Shown: positions 24,453-36,942 of the stretch, piece after piece | How positions within the stretch are numbered: position 1 is the stretch's first letter | Layout: each line of letters opens with the position of its first letter | Assembly: GCA_028534125.1 (NCBI GenBank) | Contig: CM052818.1 | Span: 38,070,001-38,134,000 of the forward strand | From: Lama glama | Taxonomy: Eukaryota | Length of the DNA stretch: 64,000 nucleotides | Reading direction: 5' to 3' | The notes under the pieces: model-generated | What the model was told of the DNA's origin: nothing | Databases searched by the model: none | What the model saw: the letters and a program-made list of their open reading frames with translations, nothing else | Position numbers and translations under genes: made by a program

Positions 24453-26574
24453 ACTAGAAATAGGGTTTTGGCCTTGCCCACAAGAGCTGATGTTAAGGAC
24501 TCCACCTCTTTTGGGAATGCTGGCTCTATCGGCTTATTGCCCCAAACCCCCCAATCAATTTAGGATCCAGTTAGGTTCTGGTTATTTGGGACTTACATCA
24601 AATGCCACCTCCCTGATATTGATAAATTAGTCTCTTCAACTCACAACATCATATTTTCCTGTTTTATTTTCTTCTTCATAATTAACATAATTTATTGATT
24701 TCTTATTATTTGTCTGACTCTCCACAGACTTCCTGAGCACAGAGACCTCACCTGTCTTGTTTCCACTATATGCAATCACATAGGACAGTTGGATAGGATT
24801 GGGTTAAAATGAGAAGCCATCTCTTCACTGTCAACAAAGGCTGCTTGATTCAGAGCTGCCTAGTGACTTCTTTGCTCCAGGGGCACCAATACCACCAATG
24901 AGAAGACCTTTTCCAGTGTAGTCATACCACCCTCCTCGGGTCATAGGCCCAGTTTAGACCATGTCCATGAGATCCTGTCCTCAGCATAAGGAGGAGCTGC
25001 TGTGATCTGCTTACATACTCTTTCTTGCCAGGTCCCAGAGGAGCTGGAAGACCAGAAGGGGAGGGGACAGCAGGCCAGGGAGAACCTGGACGACATGCTG
25101 TGGGAAGGAACTGTGGCCACCAGCACTGGCGCTCTCCAGAGGTCTTCCCATAAATATCTTTGGGAAAGAAGTTTTGAAGCGAAGGAAGGAAGGTGTTGTA
25201 GGTGGGAGACTTGGGGGAAGAAATAGAATGATCCTGTGCTCAGAAACAGCACTTCAGTGGCCATTACCCCTTCCTCCTATGACCAGAGCTGCTTCTTCCC
25301 ATGTTTAGAGCCTTGGCACCTTGAGTTCATGTCTCATGTGACTTAGAATGAGCGGCACCAGTACAGACAGAGGCCTTGCCTTTCAGATGTGACTGCTCCA
25401 GGGCCAGCTGCTCACAGAAACCCTGAGTCGTAAACACAATCTCAGAGCAGGAGGGACCTGGCAGAGATGGAACGTAAGCTCAGGCAGCAGGTGGGGGCCT
25501 GATAAACACTCTTCTTCCTCGTGTGAACTGGGACTCTCACTTATGGACAATGGTTTTCTGCTTCACTGATCCCAAGCGATGGTTTTGGTTTCAGAGCAGA
25601 ATTATGAGAAATTCCATATTGAGATCCTTGTAGGGAGCATAGCATAGCCTTCCTCCATTGTCCTAGACACAAGTTGGCACTTTTCCTTCTTTCTTTTCCA
25701 CCCCCTTTTTTCTTACTTCTATTACTTTTGGCACTTTTTGGTAGAAAGATTGTTCTGTCCAAAGAGATGTGAAATGTTCTGGATGTATTGCACTGAGGGT
25801 ATGTGCAGCACAAATCAACTTGCCTTGAGCCTCCCTGATATATAGCCAGTATTTTAATGTTCCCATTTATCCTGATCTGTAATACATCTTCATAGTGTTG
25901 GCTTAATCACAAATGACAAGGGTGGAAAATGTAATAAAGACAGGGCCACATTAATCCACTTTGTATGAAAATGTAGAAAGGTAATCCAATTTTGAACTGC
26001 TTGCTCTTAAAAAAATATAAAAGTTTGGAAGATTTCTGCGTCTTAGTTGGGGAGATGGCAGTCAATCCTAAAGAGCAATATTTCAGGATAATGAGGCCCC
26101 GGCACCTTGAGTGTGTGCACAGCAGTAGAGGGCCCAGGCTGAGAAATGAAGCCAGAGGCTCCAGGAACCGCGCTGCCTGATAATCTACTGGAAGCCTCTT
26201 TGTCAGGAGATAAACATGCAGACGGCATCCACAGAGAGATGAGCCAGGGATGCTGTTGTACCTCCCCCTGCACAGCCCCTACGGCTGGTCCATATGAAAG
26301 ATAATTCTGACTCTGCTCCCTAAAGACAAGCCAGAGTTCATTCTGTGAAAAAAATCTGTAGAAGGGAGGGGAGATGGATGTAGCTGGAGTGCATGTTCCA
26401 AGGAGGAGAGTTAGGATGGAAGGGAAACTGCTTACGATGATGTCATATTTGTCCTAAACCGTAATTGATGTTATTCTGATAATTATGCATGTCTGTACTT
26501 GTGGGGTGGTGCTCATTGCATGCCTGGACTTAGCTGTGTCTTTAGTGCTCACCCCTGACAGAAGCACAAGGGGG

Positions 26575-27360
26575 ACACGTGAACTTTGGACTTAAAAAGG
26601 CATAGAAATTTAATCTCATCTTCTGTACGCTCCATGATATTGGGCAGTGGTTTAACCCCTCTGAACTTCAGCTTCCTTATCAGTAAAACATAGGTTGTAC
26701 TGCTTACCTCACAGGATTGTTAAAAATACAGAAGCCAGTAATTTTCACTCCTATGTATCTCTTCAAGAGAAATGAGAACAAAACCTGTACCTTAATATGC
26801 ATGGAAGCATTATTCATAATAGTCAAAGATGGAAACAACCCAAATATCCATCAACTGATGGACGACTAAACAAAATGTGGTACATCCATACGGTGGAATA
26901 TTATTCCTCCATGAAAAGGAATGAGGCATTAACAAGTGCTACACATGCCTGAACCTTAACAACGTGATGCTAAGTAAAGGAGGCTAGTAGCCAAAGACAA
27001 TATATCCTGTTATATAATTCCTTGCATGTGAAATACCCAGAAAATGGTACTATAAAGACACAGACAGTAGATTACTGGTTGCTCAGGGCTGGTGAGGTGG
27101 GGAGTAGCTGAAGAGTCCAGAATTCCTTTTTGAAGAGATGAAACATTGAGTCTAAAATTGACTGTGGCAATGGTTGCACCTATCTGTTAATATATCTGAA
27201 ACCAGTGAATTAGGCATGTAGAAGAGGTAAAATATATGGTATGTGAGTTACATCTCAATAAAGCTATTAAAGAAATACAGAGATAATATATGAAAAGGCT
27301 CCTATTCTAAAGTAGGCATGTGGTAAGAACTAAATAAATAGTAACTAGTATTATTATTCA
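26575..27360 (+). mobile_element. MIR split by an L1MB/L1MC 3' fragment (~26733-27272) with TSD
   Basis: MIR 5' part ends 'acctcacaggattgtt'; L1 ends 'catctcaataaagctattaa'; MIR resumes 'gagataatatatgaaaag'. Repeat aaatacaga at 26724-26732 and 27273-27281. Confidence 0.8.
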
Positions 27361-27877
27361 CCATCATCTCTACCCTAGTATATAGACAACTTACATAGTG
27401 TTAATTGTAGAGAACGTCCGGAGTACACCATGCTTACTTTGCTTTTCACCTTTTGCAGACCTAACCAAAATGGTCCTCATCTGGAAATTAACAAGAAATT
27501 GGTAATAACTTACTCAACCTCAAAATCACAAGCCTCGGCTCAGCCTTCCCTCCATGACCTCACCCCTGAGGCAGCCTCCTCCATAGCCCACAGCCCTGTC
27601 TTGGGGCAATGGGCTCAATGTCCTTACCTGGGGTGGCCCAGCGCCCTGTGAATGAGCCTGACTGAGTAAGTCAAATCAGCCCTGAGCAGGAACCCAGGCA
27701 GTTGGTAAAGAGCCTTCTTCACAGAACACAGCCCCAGGGAGTAGATCTCATCACCCCAGGGACATCACTACATCTGGGCAGACGCACGGCCCAAGAGCTA
27801 CAGAAGTGACTAGAGCAGAGGACGTGACCTCAGCTCCATGCACAACTCTAACTTCTAGTCAACCACTAGTGCCCCAC

Positions 27878-28030
27878 TGTAGTGGGTGGGTATTGTGACA
27901 ACTTGGCTAACTGAAAACTACACTTCCCTGCAGGATGCTGGGTTCTTGGGGGCCACAAGAGACATTTTCCACAAGATTCAGAGGGCCAACGTGAAGCAGA
28001 AGCCATATTCTTTACAATGATAGCTTCTCT
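27878..28030 (+). mobile_element. Partial ERV-L 5' LTR (MLT2F-like)
   Basis: Starts tgt; 'caacttggctaactgaaaactacacttccc...ggccacaagagacatttt...gtgaagcag' resembles MLT2F; abuts ERV-L internal sequence. Confidence 0.6.
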
Positions 28031-28394
28031 GAATTGGTTCTGGGTTGTCTGGAATTGATCCTCTGGCCTGAAGAGAAAGGTAAATGTGTTACTGACCCTA
28101 CCTACAATGCTAAAGGAGACCTGGTTTAGTCCTACTAGGTCATGCCATGCATTGACACAACAATTACTTACTTAATCACCCATTTACACCTTTAATTAGG
28201 GACCCGTAGAAAGTCGTCAAGGGTTTGCTGTCAGAGAACACTGTAGGGAAAATAAGGTGCATGATACGGTTGATTGGTTAGGTCTCAGTGCACCAGAGGA
28301 ACTGGAGAAATAAAATGCTGAGTTTGGGGCTTTAAATTCCCAGCTCAAGGTCTGTGTGTGACAGACAACTCTGAAGGTGACCTCAGTGTATTGT

Positions 28395-28822
28395 GCCCTT
28401 GTATGGTCTTCTTCCATTGAGTCCTGGTGGGAGCTGTGACTTACTTCCAGCCCACAGAACCCAGAAAATGCACAGGTCCCTTCCTAATGCAATTACGCTA
28501 TGTTACACAAGACCCCCTCACAGCAGCCTGGAGGGAGCCCCTTCCGCAGGCTTTAAAGAATCAAGCCAGCATGAGCTCTACAGCTGAAAGGAAATGGATT
28601 CTGCAGCACACACGTGAGCTTGGAGGAGGACCTGCACCTCAGCTGAGACACCAGTTCCAACTGAAGCCCTGACGGCAGCTTTGTGCGACCCTAAACCAGG
28701 GCCTCGGCTAAGCCACACCTGGAATCCTGACCTGCGGGATCTGGGAGATATAATAAAATGGAGGTTGTTTCAGGCTGCTAAGTTTGTGGCAATTTGTTAC
28801 GTAGCAACAGAAAACTCCTACA
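28395..28822 (+). mobile_element. MaLR solo LTR (MLT1E/F-like) nested in the ERV-L
   Basis: 'aaggaaatggattctgc...gagcttggaggagg...gctgctaagtttgtggcaatttgttacgtagcaacagaaaactcctaca' is an MLT1 3' end. Confidence 0.85.
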
Positions 28823-29154
28823 GCAAGGGACCTGGAAGCTTCTTTGGCTGTCTTAAGGAAAACATTTGATATTCTAGAGCCACAGGCTCAGGAGTTCTGA
28901 AAACCAAACCCAAAGTTTAATCCGGCAGATGGTTGAATCATAATTAAAATTGATCTCTCAATTTTGCCAGCTCTCATATTAAACTTAAGGCATTGAATGG
29001 AAATAAGAAGGGTTCTGAAAATTGGGATGACACACGAGGTGATTTCAGTGAAGCTGGTGACCACTAATTCCTACAGTTTGCCAAGTGCCCTGAGGAGGCT
29101 AGTCTCCCCTTGCTTAATGCACTTACGATGCATCCCCTGTAATACAGCTGCCTT

Positions 29155-29580
29155 AATAATGCCATTTGCAGCAACATGGATGGACCTAGGGATTATCGTA
29201 CTAAGTGAAGTAAGTCAGACGGAGAAAGACAAGTATCATATGATATCACTTGTATGTGGATCCTAAAATAAAACGACACAAATGAACTTACTTACAAAGC
29301 AGACCCACAGACAAAGAAAACAAACTTACGGTTACCAAAAGGGGAAAGTAGCGGGAGAGAGAATTGGGAGTTTGAGATTAGTAGATACAAATTATTATAT
29401 ACAGAATAGATAAACAAGGTCCTACTGTGCAGCACAGGGAACTATATTCAATAACTTGTAATAACCTATAATGAAAAAGAATATTTATATATATATATGT
29501 TTGTTTAACTGAATCACTATGCTGTACACCAGAAACTAACACAACATTGTAAGTCAACTATAATTCAATTTAAAAAAAAA
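29155..29580 (+). mobile_element. 5'-truncated cetartiodactyl-type L1 3' end nested in the ERV-L
   Basis: MPFAATWMDLGIIVLSEVSQTEKDKYHMISL peptide; 3'UTR 'ctactgtgcagcacagggaactatattcaata'; poly(A) at 29572-29580. Confidence 0.9.
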
Positions 29581-31579
29581 GGGCTGCTGACTGTCCCAAG
29601 GACATATCCTCACCACCTTTTATTACTTCTTCATCAATAATCAGATTCAAGTCCTAGCAGGTGACTCACAGATTGTGAGGTACAAACTATGACCAGTGAA
29701 GAGGGGTAACACACACCCAAATAATTGCATGATTTTTACAATTTACATCAATCAAATCCATGTGTGGGAGAATGGGTCTTAAGACTGTTGAGTAAGAATG
29801 GAAGGGATCTAATATTGGATTGAGTCAAATTTATTGATAGGGGCTTACTAAAGAGATTCTGGATTCACTGTTAACTCTGGAGTGTCTGGAGTGATCCTAC
29901 CAGCTCGCTCAGTTGTTTGACTGAAATTCGGACTCAGAAGTGACCTATATTAAGTGAAGCTGAAGCTTCAAAATTCCCTGACATTATAAAAGATACATTC
30001 ATTTGCTTGGGGAAATGAGAATGTTAGAGTGGATTTTTCATGTAGCACCCTACCCTGTTAATATGTCCTCCAGAGGACACACCCTTCACCAAGGCTATGA
30101 CAAATATATTGGTTAGGACAGCCCCAGCATCCTTGAAGAACCCACTGGCATTTACTTTCTGTATATCAGAATTGACAGCAGGAACCCCTGCCATTGAACT
30201 GGGCTCCCTGAATTCACTGGGAGTGATGGGATTCGAGAATTGCAAGAGCCAAGTGAGGGCACTTAATCGTCAAAATCAAAGTAGAAGAGGTTACCATAAT
30301 AAGCCGCGGAGCCAAAGCAGTGATCAGGTTTTGGTGTTCGTTGGTTGATGATGGTGTCTTCAGAACTGAAACGTAGGCAGACTATTTTGAAGTCTTACTT
30401 GATTTGTATTAGCAAGGATCTCTGGGTCTAAGGAACAGAAGTCTGACTTGAATCACCACAAAAAAAAAATTAGTCCTGGCCTGTCAACCAATCCCCAGTT
30501 TTGACTTAATTTATCGAAACAGAGCCTCCTGACTGAAGGGGAAGCTGAGAGCCCTTGAGGGGTGATGCTGCCATATTGCCAATGTTTACACTGTAAATCT
30601 TCCTCCTGGCCTTTCCCAAAGGCGCCTATGGCTTAGCTATTCACCAGGTGATAATCCACTGGGGAAGGGAAACTAATCACAGTTTTCAGGGATTACTGAC
30701 ACTGCTATGAACTGACTTGAATTCCCAGAGACCCATATTACCACCTTGGTCTTCTAGTGAGAAAAGGGGCTTACGAAGGTAGGATAAATAATGGAACTTC
30801 GTTGGGTTCTGACTCACAGTGGACCCAAGGAGCCACTAATTACACTCTGTGTTTATTTTCCCTGTTTCAACATACATAATTGACACAAGCATATTCAGCA
30901 TCTGGTAGAATCTCCACATACAGCCGGATGTGTAGGATGTGGGCTATTATTACAGGAAAAGTAAAGTGGAAAACATTCTAACTGCTTCCTTCTATCAAAC
31001 ATAGTAAACCAAATGCAATACAAAACTCCTTGAGAGATTGTAGACATTAGTGGTACCCATCAAAGATTGAAAGATACAGGGGCGGGGGGGGGTGGTCCTT
31101 CCATATTCCTACTCAATTTGCCTAAGCAAAAGATCAGCTGATCTAAGGAAATGACAGTGGGTTATTAAAAACTTAATCACATGATGACTTCACCTGAATA
31201 TATGTATTCATTGTTGGAGCAAAACAACACATGCCCTGGAAACTGATATGCATCAATTGATCTGATGAATATTTTTTTCTCTATACTTTTAGTAAAGACC
31301 ATCAAAAAAAAGTTGACTTTGGGCTGGCAAGACCAGCAATATACCTTCACTGCTTCACCCAGGACGAACTTTCCAGCCCTATGACACAGTCTAGACCATA
31401 GGGTCTTTACGAGCCTTTCCTTTCTACAGTGCATCATGCAGATCTATTATGTTACCACATGGAGCAGGTAAGATGGTGGGAGTGAGTGGTAGTTGTTTCT
31501 GACCTCAGACCAGGTGGCTCTTTTACTTAGCTTCTGACATTAGTTAAATATGTTCTCACGTTACAAAGAATTAGTAGTT

Positions 31580-31740
31580 TCAAAGCTTTGGGCCAAGTTA
31601 CAACCTGAATGAGACATTTCCTTTATACAGAAAAATGAAGATATTGACAGCTCTCTCTTCAGAGTAGTTGAGAGAATTAAATAGGGCAGTGAATATATAG
31701 TGTCTAATACATAGTAATCTCTAAGTAAATGTTAATTGTT
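31580..31740 (+). mobile_element. MIR remnant within an insert interrupting ERV-L pol
   Basis: 'ctttgggccaagttacaacctg...atttcctttatacagaaaaatgaagata...gagtagttgagagaattaaatag...atacatagtaatctctaagtaaatgtta' aligns with the MIR core and 3' end. Confidence 0.65.
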
Positions 31741-34700
31741 TTGGAGAAGAATCACACAAAAGATGGTTATAATATGTTAAATGAAAAAAACACTAAAATT
31801 TGAAAAAAATTATATATATATATATAAACTTGTCTCAGTGATGGGTTTAGTGGTAATTTATGTAATTTTTTTCAATGATCTGTACTTTCTACCATGAACA
31901 AGGTTGATTTTAAAAGTTTTGTTTTACCTGATGACATCACACTGATTGGACGTGGTGATCAGAAGTAGCAACTTCTGCAGACACTTTGGAAGGCACATGT
32001 ATACCAGAGGGTAGGAGAAACATCTCCTGGAAATTCAAGTGACTGACAACTCAGTGAATCTCAGGGCCCACTGATCTAGGGTATATCAGAGGACAAGTTG
32101 CTGCATCTTGCCCCTCTTACCAATAAGAGGCACAATGTTTACCAGGTGTCTTTTGATTTCAGAGGTGATATATATTCCAGTTAAGTATGCTTCTCTATTT
32201 CACTTGCCAAGTACCCTAAAAAGCTTCTAGAACATAAGCCCAGAGCAAGGTGAGGCTCTGCAACAAGCCAAGAGAGCTGTCCTATCACGTTGGCCACGAG
32301 AGCTGGTAGATCTAGGGCTGGCAGTGTCCGTGGCAGGTAAGAATGTTGTTAAGCAGTCTTTGTCAGACCTCTGTATGCAAATCTTACCACACACTCAGTG
32401 AAATTGCTCGCCTCCCTGGAACTTATACCAGAGGTCTGGGTGTGGTCTTTTCCTTCCAGACAAATCTTTGGTAATCTCTTTACTGAAATATAGCCTTCAT
32501 TAAAAAAGAGTCCAAATCATAAATATTGAGTTTGGTGAAACTTTAAATCCTGGTTAAAGGGAAAAAACACATCACAGAACCTCAAAGATACTGTTGGAGT
32601 GCCACCTGCACCTACTATACCAGTGACAGCATCCTTATCTAAATACCACATTTCATATGTTTGCAAATAGAGCTGTACGTTATGTACTCTTTTGTGGCTG
32701 GCCTCTTTGGTTCAACAATATTTCAGGAGACTTGTCCACATCACTGCACGTAGCAGTGGTTCATGCATCCTCGTTGCTGTTTAACATTCCGTTGTGTGAA
32801 CTTCCTGCTGATCCTTAAACCAACCTACCAGGTTTTATAGATTAGTGCCTAACGTAGATTTAAACGCAAAGACCAGACCTCAGACTCAAATGACTCAGTT
32901 TATTTGAGGAGATATGAGGAAATGTGGGGGAAGGAGGTAATATTAGAAATTCACTCTGGACCATCCTTGACACAAAACTGCAATGATTCTCACTGACATG
33001 GGGGTGTAATCATTTCAACAGAGATTCCCACTGTCTGCTGAATATAGACCATTGAACACACCAGACTGAAAGTGAATTTCAATACAAACCAGCCAAATTC
33101 ATAACGACCTGGGAGCTTCTATGGGTCCTGACCAAGCAGCTGAGATGCCCAGGTTACTAGCAAACAGTGAAACATGGAACCACCAGATCAAGGGAGTGAT
33201 GGGTAAGAAAAACTGGGACTAAAGCTGTGGACCCCAACTTCTGGAATTGGGAGAACTGAGAAGCCATGTCAACCATTACTTTATGCAATAAATTTCCACA
33301 GCTTTCTACCAGAAACACTTCTCGTCCTCTCACCCTGTCTCCTATAATCTTTATGCCGATTGTGTCACTTCTCAGTAATGAAGACTACGCGGCAATCTAT
33401 GCCTCAGTTTCCTCATCTTTAAAATGAGGCTAATACGTACAGTTTTGTTGAAGGGGTTAAGTAAATCAGTGTATACACAGCGACTGGAGTTGTAAGTACC
33501 CACTAAAGAAAAGCCATTTGAATCTTTAGACACCTCTTCTGGCAGCCATTGTCCAGTTAATATGCAAGTATTATGTTGACAAATATCAATGAAATCATAA
33601 GCTCCTGAGTTTTTATTTGATGATTAATTTGTGCACACAGACTTAAGCGTTGGTCTTCCTTTATCCCACAGAAATTACAAGAGACACTGAGATGTCATCT
33701 CTGCCATTGTCTGTGTCCTGAGGGACCTGCCCGGAGCCCTTCTCACTCTGAGTTACCAAGTACTTGGTCTGGCAGATGCATGGTCCACTGAGCATGGCAA
33801 GGGTCACCTCAGTCCTGGTTTCTTTATGAAATTTCAAGCTCTGAAGACTGTAAGGACCTTACAGGACATGTGGCCCAACATCACCCCTGGCTAGAGACTA
33901 TGGCATCCTTGACAGAGGTCTCTCACCTCCTGTTTGAACACTATCAGTGACAGAAAGCACTGTGCCTTACCAGGCAGCCTGCTCTGTTGTTGGGCTGCCC
34001 TGATTGTCACCTGTTTACTTCTTACATTAAATTGAAATAGTGTCTCCACGTACCTTTTATCCAGTAGCCCTACTTCTGCCTTCCGGAGGCAGTTTACACC
34101 CTCTTCCACATGACAGCCCTGCAGAAAGATGTCCTTTCCCTGTAGAGGTACATCACCAAAAAGGTGACTGGCAAGTGATTTTCAATCCAGGGGAGTTACA
34201 TAGTGTTTTTTGAACGTCAAGAGCAAATTCATGTGTGTGTGTGTGTATGTCTGCGTGTGTGTTGAATTTTTACGTGTATGAGGTAGGGTGCTCACCAATA
34301 AGGTCCACCAAAAACTTTGATTTATATGACTACAGTCTGACAAGGAAATAGTCCAAAATTCAAATTCATCAACATTTTGAATCCGTGTTGCAAGAGGGTC
34401 TGGATTTGGTGATAGTTTTGGAGAAATGGGAAAAAAGTGTTCAAGAATATGAGCTATGATGTCAGACGGAGTGAAAACTTTTGCTTTTTGTTACTCTATA
34501 ATACCTGTGTCACCCTGAGAGAGAGAAATTTATCTTCCTTCAGTTTCCTTATCTATGAATTGTTTTTGAAAGGATTTAATGGGAAAATTATAAAAATTTT
34601 AGTTCATAGTAGACACTCATTCATTAAAAATAAATTATACAACAATACTCATTTTGATTACTGCAATTCTGGAATGCCCATGACCTCATTTTAGTACAAT

Positions 34701-35329
34701 AACCTGAAATCCATTTTTCCTCCCAAAAGTCAGTGACTTATCCAAAGCCACATGAGTAGCAAGCATCAGGGTAAGAAGTCAAGTGTAAAGCATCCGACTT
34801 TAACTTCTAGGCTTTCTTTACCTGGTCCAAGCTTGCTTAAATAAGCAGGCGAGGACTTCAGCAAAAACCGAGACCCGTTCTTCCAAATAGTCACCACAGG
34901 AGATAATACATATTTTCCAAGGATGTTGTCTTTGCTCAGAATATGTCTGAACTCTTCTTTAGAATGAACTTCAGAGCCAGCTGATTTTTTTTTTAATTCT
35001 CAGTAGCAGCAGATTATATATTTTATTGCCAAAAAATAAAATTCACCCTCATTCAAAAGTCACTCAGAGTCAACTCTGACGAGTAGGCTGGGTGACGAAG
35101 CCGGGCGTTAGTTTTACGCTACACATGGCGATGTTCTCATGAACCTGAGCCCAGCTTCCTTGTGTGATTTGTCACGAGTCTCCATGAGCAGCTCCCCAAG
35201 AGGAGTTTCCATCAGGTTTTGCATTTTTCTTACTGATTATGCTTTACATCTCCAAGGAAATTCTTTCATGAAAGAGAATGTTTATCTAAAGACATAAGTT
35301 CTCACTTAGTTTTAAAAGTATAAGTACGC

Positions 35330-36080
35330 CCCATTAACTCACTAAAGACATGAATTCAGTGCAAAATGTGCTAAAGACATTACAATAAATCCTAAGGCTA
35401 TAGAGACAGAGTCCCGTACCACAAGGGATTGAAAATGCAGCCCGTGAAAGCAACAAGGACATCATGTAGATGGGTTTGGAATTATTTTATGCACAGGGTG
35501 TTATGAGAACACCAAGGAAAGAGTTTAGTTAGATTCAGAAACAAAGTCGGTAGCCTTTGTTGGAGATGATGACGACTTAGTGATTTCGGATGGACCTCCA
35601 GGAGTTAGCCAAGCAGCCAGGGAGGAGAAAGGGATTCTAGACAGGTGGACAGAACGAACAGAAGTCAGACACATGAAACAGAATGCAGCATTCAAGCAAC
35701 TATAAGATTATAGCTCTGGTTAGAGTTGGGGAGTATTTATAGGGGTGTGCTGCGAAACGTTAGCAGAACCCGACAGAAGCAGTATCACAAAAGCTTGTAT
35801 TTGAAATATTGAGACGTTTAGCTTTTAACCTTGGAAAGGTAAGCAGGAGTATAAAAGCTCAGGTCTACAGGTTAAAAAAAAATTACTCCGTCAATAACAC
35901 GGGGGGATTGGAGACAAAACCGGGAAGGCTGTACCAGAAATTCAGTCAAGATGTCTGAAGGTCTGGATGGAGGCGACGATGAGCATGATGAAGGGGTATG
36001 GATTTTAGGTAGGACTGATGGAGCAATCAATTAACAGGACTTGTTAACCAAAGGGAAGTGGCAGGTAAAGGAAAGGAAGG
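35330..36080 (-). mobile_element. L2 LINE
   Basis: Purine-rich antisense L2 ('ggagttagccaagcagccagggaggagaaagggattctagacagg'; 'aacaggacttgttaacc'). Confidence 0.6.
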
Positions 36081-36924
36081 AGAGAAAAGGCATTTTTATA
36101 ATAATTTGGCTCACTGAGGGCCCTTCCATTTTTGCAAAGTCTTAAACATTATCAGAGAGGATATCTAGGAGCCAAAGTCTGGAAGAGTTAAACACACACA
36201 CAAAACTCTGCATAATGAGTACATTTCATTATTTTTAGTCAATTGCAGGGCCATCACATAGAACATAAGTGATGCATGAGGCCAGAAATAATTTTAGACC
36301 TCTGTGTTTGGCATTTATTTAAGGTTATTATCAAGAGATAATAGACTATGTGCTCCTTATAATAGAGCTGTATTTTTTTTTTGAAATTAAAGTAGCGAGT
36401 AGTGAAATGCCTCATGCATGGCAATGATATTTAGTGCCTTCTTTTAGTTTATTTCTGAGATATGGGGTCCAAGGTGATTTTTAAAAGAGTCCTTGGGGAC
36501 TGCTGTGAGTTTTCCATTGATTTCGTGTGCACAGAGGCTTTAGGTGTGCTCTTACTGGTGCCTATTGTTAACCAGTTTTAAAGGGGGAAGCATTTACTGG
36601 GGGGAAAAAAAGCCATGAGATGAATATCAGGCCAAGAGAAAAACAGAAACCACCAAAGACCTATGCTTTGCCACCTCTACAACTACCTCACTGCAGAGAG
36701 AAGCAGCAGGCAGAAAGGCAAAAACCCCTATCTTAAAAAATGTCTTTCTTCTGAAACGTTCACGCTGCTTCCTCAAATCTCCCCGGCAAAATAAATAAAT
36801 AAAAAATAAAAAGAATTATCTCCTTTTCAGTGAAAGATTATTCATAGAGAGAAAAGCCCAAGGAGTGTCGGGCAGTGATCTAGGGGCACATTTGGTTAGG
36901 GCGGGAGGTGAGAACACACTAGGG

Positions 36925-36942
36925 TACCGCCACCGAGTGCAG
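36925..36942 (-). promoter_or_regulatory. Candidate CTCF site
   Basis: Minus strand CTGCACTCGGTGGCGGTA versus consensus CCASYAGRKGGCRS; the core AG reads CG here. Confidence 0.3.

Larger units (their letters stand above)
28030..32375 (+). mobile_element. Degenerate ERV-L internal region (gag-pro-pol), with frameshifts, stops and nested insertions
   Basis: Protease-like 'ggattactgacactg...attcccagagaccc' (30690-30734, ~GLLDTG...IPGDP). RT motifs: 'gaaatgacagtgggttattaaaaacttaatca' (~MTVDYRKLN, 31148-31179), 'attgatctgatgaatatttttttctctata' (~IDLANAFFSI), 'cagcaatataccttcac' (QQYTF), 'gatgacatcacactgattgga' (DDI-LIG, 31930-31950). Confidence 0.88.
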
